From Lytechinus pictus (taxonomy: Eukaryota): DNA of 64,000 nucleotides. Both the position numbers and the translations under genes were made by a program. Positions 25,148-37,468 of this stretch are shown here, piece after piece. Where the stretch lies: assembly GCF_037042905.1 (NCBI RefSeq), contig NC_087249.1:22816001-22880000 (forward strand), given 5' to 3'. Position 1 is the first letter of the stretch. Every line of letters starts with the position of its first letter. The notes under the pieces were generated by a model. That model saw nothing but the letters and a program-made list of their open reading frames with translations. It was not told the origin of the DNA and searched no databases.

Positions 25148-26399
25148 TTAAACTTCCATTCCTGTCGTAAAGAAGAAAATAATAAAATATTATACTCAAA
25201 GAGAAGAGATTAGGAAAATGCATAATGGGTGCTTGTATAATCACGTGATACTGACCCTTTCGATGACGAATGACACGTCGCTCCAAATGTGATCTTGCAA
25301 CAATCATAAATTTAAGCTCCTTTGAATGTAAAAATTACATTATTTGCCTGTTTCAGTGATAATTCTTTTTTTCATGTTACGAATCAATCATTGTTTTACT
25401 GCGATGATTTTGAAGGGAAAATTAACAAAAATAAAAGTATCCAAATAATCACCCAAAATGACATCTACATTTAAAGTAAAGTCGACTTGTTTCTTCATGG
25501 TAATCTATAAGAATCCATTTCGACTGGGGAATAACAAATGTAATACATTTCGCATAGGAACATTTAAATCTGTATTCACAATGCATTTCATGTTTGTTCA
25601 GAAACATCTACTGTATTCGAAAGCCTGTCCAAATAATCAATAAACCAAATCAATGTATGCGTACTATAAATTAAGAGCGGTAAGCCGATTGTTTTTAACA
25701 CTAGGTTATGTCCATCAGCGCACGAGAGAGGTCTTTGCAAATAGATAATTGTTAATTTCCGATTTCATTTGATCTTTCATGTGATGAAATATTTTTCATA
25801 AACAAAACATGCCCACGTGTATCCTACTGTAATGCTGTTTATCATTTTCCAGTAGGCCATAGAGGCCCATATAAAAGTTAATTTAAGTTGTTATTTTTAA
25901 ATCCGGCATGCCTCACCTTAGGAAGGAATAGATTCTTATAGGATTGATATTGAGCCATGTCTCTATGCCTCTCGTCAAAAATTGAATAAAAATTCAAACT
26001 CCGTTTTCAAAACAATATCATCTGAAGAGTATTTTATAATTGTTTGTAAACTTTTACACTTAGGTATGATATATTAATGTATTTTCTGAATTTGAATTAT
26101 TTGAATCATGTAATCATAATTCAATATGATTCCTTTCACCTTGCTGACGTGTCTCTGGTTGTCAATTCAAACTCAGAAGGATTTTATCGATGAAATTATA
26201 TTTCCGCATTGGAAATCTTCATATATTTTTATAATTATATGAAAAATCAAGTCATTCGTATGTAAACTGTTTCACAACCTCTTTTGTTTCATTATTTATC
26301 GGTTTATAGTGGTATATTCATCCATACTAATTATTGAATAAGAAATTAATTTTTGTAAAATTTATTTCCTTCTTCTAATATACCATATGTCAGTACAAT

Positions 26400-26720
26400 C
26401 ATTAGCGTACCTAAGGGGGGGCAGGGGGCAGACTGCCCCCCCCCCTGACGAGTCACAACACATGCAAGGGACGTATCTCTGCCCCCCCCCCCCCCCGACG
26501 AGTCAAAACTGGTCCCTGACGAGCTAAGTGGGCCCCTCCTTTGAACTTAAACACCTTCCTTTTTTCTTCCTTTTTTTGTGGTTGAAGACCTTTTTTTTTT
26601 GCTTGTCAATTTTATTTTGGTGCAAAATGTCCTTTATTTGTGGTTGAATACCTTTTTTTCCTTTTTTTGCGGACGAATTTGCCCCCCTCCCCCCTTTGGA
26701 AGATCCTAGGTACGCCACTG
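26400..26720. mobile_element. hAT-like poly-G/poly-C MITE
   Basis: TIR CATTAGCGTACCTAAG / CCTAGGTACGCCACTG; flanks AGTACAAT vs ATTACAAA (6/8). Confidence 0.8.
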
Positions 26721-26837
26721 ATTACAAAACATTTTAATGTATTTTATAGGCCTATTGTATGCATCAAGTTCGTTTCTTGCACGTTGATTTAATGAAAGGG
26801 GATAACATCTAAACATATTTCGCGTCATGGCTCACTG

Positions 26838-27152
26838 TAACAACGCAGTCCCACCGACAAGGTCGACTCCATTATCGATCAACGCTATTACGTGATATAT
26901 CCAGTGGTATACATCGGTTGGTTTGGAGTCGGTTTCGTTGGTGTGACTATATAGCATTAGACCGTGTATGACCATGGTTTGACCATCTATGAACCCCTAT
27001 GGAATCTGACCTTCATTTTCAGTCTACCCTGATGCGACGGTTACACCAATGAAAACAGACTCCATACCGATCAAAGCTATTACGTCATTTCAAATAAGAC
27101 CATGATTCGGTTCGTTTGGAGTCGGTTTCGTTTGGTGTGACTGTAGTGTTTA
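26838..27152. mobile_element. Two adjacent family A palindromic MITE copies (26838-26959 and 27030-27152)
   Basis: Both end in GTTTGGAGTCGGTTTCGTT(T)GGTGTGACT with inverse left arms. Confidence 0.75.
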
Positions 27153-27329
27153 ACAGACGACCAATCAATTAAAATATTCTCCTTTGTTTCAATGATACCC
27201 TCGATGTCATGTTGTGCATTACAATAACAGAGAGGGACTGTCCATCATTGTCATTGACATGCTAAAGTTCCTTTTACAATTGTTAACATGTTGTATCGTC
27301 GGGCAACATTGGCGACAGCTTGATATATT

Positions 27330-27552
27330 CACTGCAAAAACACCGGTGTTGATTTAACACCAGCCCGGTATCTAGATTGGTACACACCAGAAAGGTGTTG
27401 AAACAACACCAGTTAAGAATCAAACCGATATTGGTGTTGCTATCAAATTGGTGTTAGCCTGACGCCAAACCGGTTTTGTTTCAACACCTCTCTGGTGTGG
27501 ACCGACATAGATACTAGCTGGTGTTAAATTAACACCGGAGTTTTTGCATTTA
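27330..27552. mobile_element. CACTGCAAAAA-ended MITE (family C, EnSpm/CMC-like)
   Basis: CACTGCAAAAACACCGGTGTTGATTTAACACCAG...CTGGTGTTAAATTAACACCGGAGTTTTTGCA; homologous to 30918-32295. Confidence 0.85.
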
Positions 27553-27777
27553 TAGTTGATAAAACAATTCAAACTCTCAAAGCGCCAAAAGCAATCCATG
27601 GCATTGGATGCTATATTAATTCGCCTCAATGCCCCTCTCATTACCTTTGGATATTTCTGTGTTATTTTTCATTTTTTCACATATTTTGCTGTTGAATAGA
27701 AATGTGTCCTATGTAGAAAAGGGGTTTGGCCCCAAAACATATCGAAACTTAGGGCCTGATTACAATTATGTTTCATT

Positions 27778-28213
27778 CACTCTAAAAATGAAATTTCAAA
27801 TCAACACCTTGAAAGGTTGGAGAAGTGACAACCTATTCTAAATGTTGCATCTACCACTATAAATGGTTCGACCCAACACTTAGGGGGTGCTGCAAGAAAA
27901 TATTTGCGATCAACTGCAAACATTCTCTTGCAATTTTACAACTGATAGATCAACATTAGCTGTAGCAAATCAGATTAAACTTCTTGTTTCAAGGAGCAAA
28001 TTAGCAATCAATCACTAATTTGCAATTAACAGCAAGACATATGTTTGATTTAGGGACCAAAATTGACTCTCAATTGATCGCAAGTTTCTTGCAACACCCC
28101 CATTAGAATGGTTGATTCAGCTTTATACAAGGTTGGATATTACATTTGAAATAGGTTGTCACTCCTCCAACCTTACAATTCTTGATTTTAACATTTCATT
28201 TTTTTTTTTAGTG
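27778..28213. mobile_element. CACTCT-ended MITE interrupted by a nested element
   Basis: Inverted arms AAGGTTGGAGAAGTGACAACCTATT / AATAGGTTGTCACTCCTCCAACCTT. Confidence 0.75.
27883..28101. mobile_element. GGGGG-ended MITE (PIF/Harbinger-like), nested
   Basis: TIR GGGGGTGCTGCAAGAAA / TTTCTTGCAACACCCCC; TTA near both ends. Confidence 0.8.
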
Positions 28214-29294
28214 TTCAAATTCAATGGTAATTAGCGCTTTTTAGATATTCATATTTGAAATATTTTAAAACCATGTAATAATCACAATCATGCTAATTAT
28301 GACAATCATTCAAACTTAAAACATTAATCTTAAAGATTTATGATAACGATTGATATGGAGGCACAACCGTCGAGAACAATTCAAAACACTTTATTGACAC
28401 AATATTCGTTGTTATTAAAATCTTAATTCGGTTTGTCCTGTTACTGTTTTATTTTCGGTGTGGTTGTGAGGTAGAGTAGTCATGTATATTTTAAGTAGTA
28501 ACACCGATGTGATAAGCTATATTATAGAGCTAGCAAGTTTTTGAGTCATAAGATGACACGGATTCAACTAAAAAATATCAATATTATACCATATACACGC
28601 AAAATATATATTAGCCTGTCTGAAAACCCCGTTATGTACGCATCATGGTTTCACAAAGAAAATATAATCTGAAATAAGAAATGAAATCACTGAACACTTC
28701 CTTTCCATCTTTGCTGATTTCTTAATTATCTATTATTTCTTGATAATCAATAACCAAAGTTACGTGGTGGATTCGTCACGGTCGCCGCCAGCACTCCATG
28801 GCATGACCTAACAAAAAGGGACTATCCCTTGATGAATATAGCCATATTAAATAGTCAATCGAAATGTGATTCCATCAATTTCATTATCCCCCTCAGCGTT
28901 GATTCTTGATTTTCTTTGAACGTAAAGGTTCTCATCCACTTTTGTTTCGATTTCCTTCCTCGATGATTGGACCTTCTGGTAAGGTTCTATCCAGTTATCC
29001 GTTTTTATTTCCTGTTTGAAGTATTATACGCTTTCATAAATATCTCCGTGTTAAAAATTGCTTCAAAGTGCCCGCAGCGGACTTTAAAAAAGATATCAAA
29101 AAAGTTATCCGAATTTTAAAAGTTATCTTTACAAAAGCTACGATCGGTGAAGCTGACGGGATTTTCCCCACCCCCGTTAACACAATCAGAGAGCCGCTGT
29201 ATTTGACGATGTGATTATTGTTATTCAGAACAGACTGTAGAGATTGTCAATTTGTTTCGAGTAAATCAAACGTCATTATGTTGGTTTTAAAGGC

Positions 29295-29657
29295 NNNNNN
29301 NNNNNNNNNNNNNNNNNNNNNNNNNNNNNNNNNNNNNNNNNNNNNNNNNNNNNNNNNNNNNNNNNNNNNNNNNNNNNNNNNNNNNNNNNNNNNNNNNNNN
29401 NNNNNNNNNNNNNNNNNNNNNNNNNNNNNNNNNNNNNNNNNNNNNNNNNNNNNNNNNNNNNNNNNNNNNNNNNNNNNNNNNNNNNNNNNNNNNNNNNNNN
29501 NNNNNNNNNNNNNNNNNNNNNNNNNNNNNNNNNNNNNNNNNNNNNNNNNNNNNNNNNNNNNNNNNNNNNNNNNNNNNNNNNNNNNNNNNNNNNNNNNNNN
29601 NNNNNNNNNNNNNNNNNNNNNNNNNNNNNNNNNNNNNNNNNNNNNNNNNNNNNNNNN
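29295..29657. other. Assembly gap
   Basis: Run of N. Confidence 1.
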
Positions 29658-29756
29658 CTAGTAGCAGCAGAAGTAGTGTAGGTGTGTTAGAACTTAGTAG
29701 TAGTGGTAGCCGAAGTAGTACATGTAGAAGTAGAAGTGGTAGTAGTAGTAGTAGTA

Positions 29757-29796
<40 letters not shown>

Positions 29797-29826
29797 GAGT
29801 GGTAGTAGAAGTGGTAGTAGAGGTAG
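29658..29826. repeat. (TAG)n imperfect microsatellite (continues at 30049-30128)
   Basis: Direct observation. Confidence 0.95.
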
Positions 29827-30128
29827 TTCAAGTTCATGTTTATTTATTCAAAACCAAAAACATCACATCATAATCAAAATAGATATACATGCAACTATAG
29901 GAGTGGGCTATAAATGGGTGATTTTGGGTTTTACTATGGCAACAGTTTCTTTGTGATCCTTTTTCATTATCTCAACATGAAACGACACCATCTTCCGTCT
30001 CGGGTCCGAGAAAAATAGTGTGCCGGGCCAAAATCCAAAATGGCCGCCGGTAGTAGTGGTAGTAGTGGTGGTGGTGGTAATGGTAGTAGTGGTATAGTAG
30101 TAGTAGAAGTAGTACATGTAGAAGTAGA

Positions 30129-30266
30129 NNNNNNNNNNNNNNNNNNNNNNNNNNNNNNNNNNNNNNNNNNNNNNNNNNNNNNNNNNNNNNNNNNNNNNNN
30201 NNNNNNNNNNNNNNNNNNNNNNNNNNNNNNNNNNNNNNNNNNNNNNNNNNNNNNNNNNNNNNNNNN
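30129..30266. other. Assembly gap
   Basis: Run of N. Confidence 1.
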
Positions 30267-30917
30267 AAGAAACCCATGGCTTAGACGGGTAGTTGGCTAT
30301 CTTTGAAAAAAAAACACGACTACAAAAATATATGTTGTAAAGATCATAGTACATGGATCACTGATCTGCATCCATATAAAGATTGGGTTTTTTTTTAGAT
30401 CAATAGATGACATTAAACTAAGAAGGAGTAAGGACAAGTAAATTTATATTTAGCATGCAGTGAACAACCATTTACTTTTCAATCCTCGGCTGGGTGCACA
30501 GTTGCCAGACAACTCACCACTATGACGTCATTTTCCCGCCAAAAGAGGAAACCGATTTTAACTGCCTGTATTAAATTGTCATTCCCATATTTTATTCGAT
30601 AGAGACAAATTTAGCAGCCATCGTATCAAATGCCAAACGGTAATGTGGTGTATGAACATTTTTGTGTGTGTCTTTTAGTTGTTTTTTTAAGACAAATGGG
30701 CCACTTTATGGGCCCAGATTGCAAATGTCATTGTTTTGAGAACAAGAACGCATCTTTGTTTTTGTAATGTTGTTTGAATGTCTGTTTGTGGTTGCATGCA
30801 AATACTTTACCGGATCTGTTCGATTTATTTAGGTAGTATTAGTAATGTTATAATGTTTAAAAAATAAGGAAGTTAATATAATGGTAGAAAGTCATTTCGA
30901 ACTGATTAAGACATGTA

Positions 30918-32295
30918 CACTGCAAAAACTCCTGTGTTGATTTAACACCATCCCGGAATATATATATGCCCACACCAGAGAAGTGTTAAACAACACCAGT
31001 TTCGTTTTGGTCTGATTCCAAACTGGTGTTGTTTAACACTTCTCTGGTGTGAACTGTGTATATATATTAATGATTTATGCAATGTTACTATTTTTCATTT
31101 TGTCCTATTTGCAGATGACACAAACTTAATTGCTTCCAATTTTGATATTCTTGTGAAAAATACAAATGAAGAATTAATTAAGATTACGACTTGGTTCCAA
31201 GCCAATGAATTAGTAATAAACTATGATAAGACAACCTTTATGTATTTTAGTAAAGATTATATAAAGCATTGTATTTCTGATGTAAATATATTCATGAATG
31301 GAATCCCTTTGACTACTTCGAACAACCACCAAATATCTTGGAATTACTTTAGATGATTCATTATCCTATAACAACCATCGTTCTATTATATATAATAAAA
31401 TTGCAAAAAATGCTGGTATTCTTTTTAAAGTAAGCAACTTTTTGCCACAGAAAGAGATGTTTATGATTTAAAACAGTCTTACCTTATCTTATCTGCAATA
31501 TTGCAATATTTTTTGAGCAAATACTGGAACAAAAAATTGAACCCTTTCATAAATTGCAAAAGAAAATTCTATTAAAGAATAAATGTACGAATTCACCTTT
31601 TAGATCTCATTCACCTTTATTTTTTCGTCTTAAATTTTTAAATGTATATGACATTCATAAATTTCAGATTGCATCTGTGATGTTCCGAACAGTTAGTAAC
31701 ATAATTCCCTCCAACATCTCCCAAATGTTTCTAATAAATCGTTCAGTTCATTCTCATAATACTCGGTCAAGCAATAAATTTCATTATCCCAAAGTTAAAA
31801 CCCAAATTCTACTGAATTCATTAAGGCATAGTGGCCCTCGTACATGGAACTATCGTTCTGATAATATCAAGTGTTCAACTACATTAACTTAATTTAAAGC
31901 CAAGTAAAAAACGTGTATATAAGTGAATATTTAAAATAATTTTTTTCTGCCTAATCCTACACTTATCCCGACTGTCCCCCCTGTATGTATGTATGTATCA
32001 TGTATGTATGTATGTATGTATGTATGTATGGTGATTGCTGATGCTGTGTGTATATTTTTCATTTGATTTTCATATGTATTTTACCTTGTTTTACTGTGAG
32101 CTACCTCACAAGTTCTTATCAACTTTTTAGTAGTTTCCGTTTTTCTCTCATACATGTCATTTTCATTCTTGGACATTATTGTATATTGTTTTTTATATTG
32201 GTGAGAAATAATAATTAATTGAACTTGAAAAATATATATATGGAGAGAGAGAGATTCCGGGCGGGTAGTAAATCAACACCGGAGTTGTTGCAGCG
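30918..32295. mobile_element. Family C MITE split by a LINE insertion
   Basis: Left part TA|CACTGCAAAAACTCCTGTGTTGATTTAACACC (30918-31060); right part TTCCGGGCGGGTAGTAAATCAACACCGGAGTTGTTGCAGCG|TA (~32255-32295). Confidence 0.8.
31062..32230 (+). pseudogene. 5'-truncated CR1/L2-group (Crack-like) LINE: RT C-terminal half plus 3' UTR
   Basis: YINDLCNVTIFHFVLFADDTNL (RT LFADD motif), ELIKITTWFQANELVINYDKT, LGITLDDSL, YLQYCNI, LNVYDIHKFQ...HSHNTRS...GPRTWN with stops/frameshifts; (TATG)n in UTR; tail AATTGAACTTGAA. Confidence 0.9.
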
Positions 32296-35200
32296 TAAGA
32301 ATGAGAAAACATTTGCATAGAACTATGAAAAATGATGTACAAGGGTTTAGGATAAAGATTTCAAATAATGATGTAAAAGAATGTATAACGATAATCAAAA
32401 TTTTACATGTTTCACCATACCTATTAAGCTATATATATCATATAGACCAAGAAAAGGGCCACGCTGGAAAATAACATGGGGTAGAAGACAAAGGCTTTAA
32501 TGAACATACCAGACGAGTCAAACTTCAACTTTACTTCAGCTCATTACGTTGACAATGCTATAATTAAAAGTGGACTGCAAAGTCTATTATACCAAGCTAT
32601 TGCTGAAACATATGTCGAGATGTCTTTCCGCTTTTGCCATTATAAGAAGATAGTGCGGTACATGTGCAGATATCTTCCACCTCATCTCTTTTAGTGTATC
32701 ATTGGTTCATGAATTAAGATCCAATGTAGGCAAATATTTATCTAAGACTGGGAATACCCAACCATTTTATAAAAAAAATACTTAATTGTATTTCAAACAA
32801 CATTCGGAATCAATGACTTTTTATAAAGTATTGTACCATCAATTTTATTCTTATGAATTCAAAACAAGTACTGATTTCAAGAGAGTACCTGTAAGCTGCG
32901 TCATCAAAGTCATAAATGGGTTTAAACTTAAAAAAAAACAATAAGGCTTTCGGATACAATTTCATTTTTTAATCCAAAATTGAGTAAGGTCATATCTAAA
33001 GTGACATCATAGATTTATAAGTGTTAATAAGTTTTTATCAGTGTTTAAATGGACTGCATCTCGGATGCAATGTAGGCCTAGAAATAATACATATAGAAAA
33101 AGGAGGGACGGCGGCAGAAAAGAGAGGGGTGTGAATTAGTAAATGCGCAATATAATTCATATTGGTAGGCATATGCCGCATATAATACTGAATTATAAGC
33201 AGGCTTCATGGTAATTTGTAGATAATAGATTAAAGCTAAATGCCGTTTATCAACTTCGAAAAGGTCATGCCTAGACGCCATTTTGGAATGACAATTATTG
33301 ATTGTATTTTGTAGCCTTAAATTGGGTAATGAATTATACGGATATAGACCCTTTATAGGGGTGTTATTACCATGTGAACCTTTACATCGTATCCTATAGT
33401 TAGCCATGCTAACGAGGATCCATCTATCATGCTGTCCTACACGGGGTCCCTTGTGAAACCGCCTCACCCTAAGATTGATGAATCGTCCTGAAATTCCCCC
33501 GTGAACTCTGCACATTTTCATTCATTCACTAATAGACACGGTGGCAGCAGCGGAAGTGTGAGGACCGGCCTTTTCAAGTATTTGCATAATTCAGCGAGAC
33601 TTTTTTCTTGAGAATATACATTGTAAATTTGGGGGGCTTTTGACCAACAATTCTCGTGAACTTATCACAATGTATGTTACCTGCTGGAACTGGCTCAGTT
33701 GCTGGAAAAGTGGATTGCTAATCTAGACACAATGCTTCAAACCACTTTCCAAAATTAAGTTCATAAGCTAACCTTTCCTACAAAGTATAAGATCGCATCA
33801 GGTCCTTCGGATAGGACATAATACCAACATCTCTGTGGTTTCTTTTCTTACGAGCATGCATTCTCAGCAGCTGGATGAATACAATCTTTGCCATCCCGTT
33901 TGAAATCTCCAAGAACAAACCAAACAATACTGTTGTTTATAGGGCATAATATAAAATAAGCACTTTTTGTGAAACAAGAAGAGTAAGAAAAGGAAAAGGT
34001 GAAAATTAGAAAGAAATCAGACAAATAAAATGCCATGGATAAATGACTGACAAATAGGTGTGATCACTAAATCTGTGCAAGTTTCACATTTACAATTTTG
34101 TAGGTCGGTTCTGATAAATAAGTATTAAGATGGAACAACCCTTCTTTTTCCTTTCCTATAAATCATGTACTTGAATATAAATTGTTTATGGGGTTCTCCT
34201 ATAAAAATCACAATTTCCCATTGAACTGTAATAAAAATATATTTGATCTATACAAAAAGACTGACCGTACAATTACTACAAGTTCATCAACACTGATCAG
34301 TAGTGTGGTCGTAGTTAAAAGTCATATCAATTAAATAATTTGTGGAATACAATGTCGAAGGGTTTATAATATCATGTCTTTACAATCTGAACTACATATA
34401 GGCCCCAACTTGCTTTAACTGACCCAATTTCGCAAAAGCAAACATTATCATATATGTTTCAGGGTCATATTCACAATGAAAGCTTGAACATGTTACTTAA
34501 TAAGCTCTCTGATAATTGAGACATCTTATAGGCTAAGAGCTACGATGTCATAGAAAACCAGCAATTAGCTTGCGGCTATGGCATTGTGCAAAGGGGATCC
34601 GTGCTGTAATGGCAAAATATTTTTACTCTCATATGTTTTACTCATGTTTACTCAACATTAAACATGAATAACAGATCATGTTCGTCGATTGAAATCGCGC
34701 AATGCTTTCTGAACAATGGGGTTTGTGAATTACGTTCAAGCATTGTTATCAGGGCATGAGACATACAATGGATGATAGAAGAGAAAACCCATAAACATGC
34801 AACGTTTGACGTAACACATTTTTAATGACGTCATAATTCAATATATATTCAATTTAAGCACTTGGATGTTAAATCGACATCTTTAAGGGTCCTGAAGTGA
34901 ATGGCTATACTTTAAAAGAAAGAACCGGCAGATTGGTATTGAAGATGTGTTGGAACTAACACAATGTAATCAAACAAACTGTAGCGTAATTCATACTTTT
35001 TTTGGTCCTTCAAATATTGATATGAAACTATTTCTCAAAAGAATGTGCAAATTTATATTGTAGGTAATTTGGAAAGATGCACCTCCCCCCCCCCCCCCCC
35101 CCTCCTCCCCGCCAAAAAAAATTATGGTCTTGATGGTAGTGTGTCACGGTAAAACATACAGACATGATTATATGATACGGCTTAACACGAACATAGGAGA

Positions 35201-35839
35201 AGCTAATTTCAGTATTTTTATGCGAATAATTATTTGCTACGTAGATTAAAGTATATAATACGATACTTACTCAATGAATAAGCTAAATTCTAAATCCATT
35301 AAAGTTGCGTTCCCCTAAACAAAGTCTAAGCTTTGAATCTTGAGAATAAAAAAGAAAATGATTCATTGTGTTTTGCGTGATGTTTATAACAAAAACGCAA
35401 CTCAGAACTGGGAAGAACAGATGTCGTTAATATGCCAGCATTTCAAGGTTGAAAGAATGCATCTTAGCTAATATTATTCAGCTTTACTTTCAGGATGGTG
35501 AAAATGCCGTTAAGTCTGCGAGTTAAATTCTCTTTCATTTACCACAAAACCCATAGTAATACTTCAAAACCGTTTGGGTAAGTGGTTTCCATAAACATAT
35601 GGCCACATTCGCCATGCCTATTTCATTGTACAGCTAATTCAAATCCAAATCAAAAGATTTTTATTTTCCGAATAATTGGCATGTGGCAAAGACAATCAAT
35701 CAAGAATTAAGCGTTCCATTCACCTGCTGGTATAGTTGTAAACCGTTCAATAAAACTTTACATTTAAAAAGAGATGTGACAGATACTGTTTTTGTTATTT
35801 ATTTATTTTTATTGTAAACTTTATTTGTGATTTATAATA

Positions 35840-36070
35840 CACTCTAAATTCCAAGGATTTAAAATAAAGCCAGATCGTCTGTGAATATTGACCAGCCAAA
35901 GTTTCAATTTGTTTTCAATCTTAAGGATTAACTTTTAATCCCAACAAAATTAAATTCACATCTTTTAGATTTATGTTCAAATCAACAAGGTTTAAATCTA
36001 GATCTAATATTCGGCTGGTCACTATTCACAACCGATCTAAATTTATTTTAAATCCTTGGAATTCAGAGTA
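35840..36070. mobile_element. CACTCT-ended palindromic MITE (EnSpm/CMC-like)
   Basis: TA|CACTCTAAATTCCAAGGATTTAAAATAAA...TTTATTTTAAATCCTTGGAATTCAGAGTA|TA. Confidence 0.85.
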
Positions 36071-37240
36071 TAGAATGTGAGAAAAACGGATGACTCTGAA
36101 ACCTTAGCCATTTGCTTTCATCATTCGGGGGGAATAATATTCGTAAATAAACGTGAACATTTGATACTTTGCTGAATTATTATTTACCTTGTGTGTTTAT
36201 AGTAGGCCTACTTGTAATAGAGGACACATTCAAGGGTTGAAGAGGCATTATGTGACGCGATATCCAGCCATGTCAACGAAATATTTTGTATTTTTGTTTT
36301 GTTTTGATCGGTATAGGTGTGGCTGTGACTTGAATGCGAAAGGAGTGATAATCATAATGTGAAAAGATGCCGTGTGACACAAACCCAACAAAAGTGGTGA
36401 CATTTACGAGCATAAATATTGGTCGGACAATCTTTTTTTCTTCCCTATTTTTTGCACTGAACATCCCCCTACAAAACTTCAAATAAACTGAAAAGTTTCC
36501 GTCAGAAAGTTTGACCTTCAGCTCGAAGAAATTAGTTGGTTATTTGAAAAGATGCATTTTTCATATTTCTGTCATTGCCGTCCCTCACAGCAGATAGAGG
36601 AGAATTTTTTTTTTGAATAAATCATCAGCAATCATGAATCCTTTCAAGAAGTTGCACCTTTGTCCGCGGTGCATCATATTTTATTCATAAAAATACTAAG
36701 TCCCTGTCAAAGTAATTGGTCATGAATATACATTGTACCATGTCGCCTGGCTTAAAAGTTGTTTGCATTATTCACCCATATGGCATTGGGTGACGATGCA
36801 ATTCTTTTCTGTCAGTCTGAGGTGATAGTACTTTGACCTTGTACATGAAATTTCCCAACGTCAATATCATTGTTTGAAATGCATGTATTTTGAGGATGGT
36901 GATGGGTAGTTCAATGAAAAGTGAGGCGTAGTCAAGTTCAGGCAGGGGCAATGGGGAATCAGCTTTTCGTAATATCATGTACGCATATAGTTTTTTTTTC
37001 TTCATTATTTGCTTGCCTAACGAAGCAACAGGCACCATTATTATATACTTAGATGTCGATCAATATTATTACCGTGCATGCTCCCTGATCAATCACCTTA
37101 GTACATACATATAATATTTATATCGGTATAAATCGAATTTTGGTTGTGTGGTTTACGGTATATCTATAATTTTACGTTCTCTCTTCGTTTCTCCCTCATT
37201 TTGATATACTTGAGTTCCACGTTCCTGCAACCCCATCCTG

Positions 37241-37468
37241 CATGGGCGGAAATCCTAGGGGGACAGGTGGGACGCGTCCCCCTACCCAAAATAGTAGGGG
37301 GGCACAATATCAAATGTCCCCCTACTCTTTTTGGTCTTCTATGATGGAAAGAAATACATCATTCAAAATCGAAATAAAACATTTGATTTGGTCGAAATTA
37401 CCTTACATTTGGGGTGATACCCCTTTTTTTTTGCTTGTAAAATTGTTCAGCCCCTTGCTCATCTGCCC
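37241..37468. mobile_element. Truncated hAT-like MITE related (inverted) to 53478-53704
   Basis: Starts CATGGGCGGAAATCC; shares TTTGGGGTGATA and TTTTGCTTGT...CAGCCCCTTG with the reverse complement of the 53.5-kb element. Confidence 0.65.

Noticed and set aside
29218-30354. ORFs containing X runs or poly-Ser/Thr/Tyr (also 49858-50643, 51395-51935)
   Set aside because: Artefacts of N gaps and (TAG)n or CT-rich repeats.
36772-37038. ORF with PELDYAS resembling the LINE RT 'PxLEYAS' motif
   Set aside because: Single weak motif with no other RT signature nearby; cannot be supported without a search.
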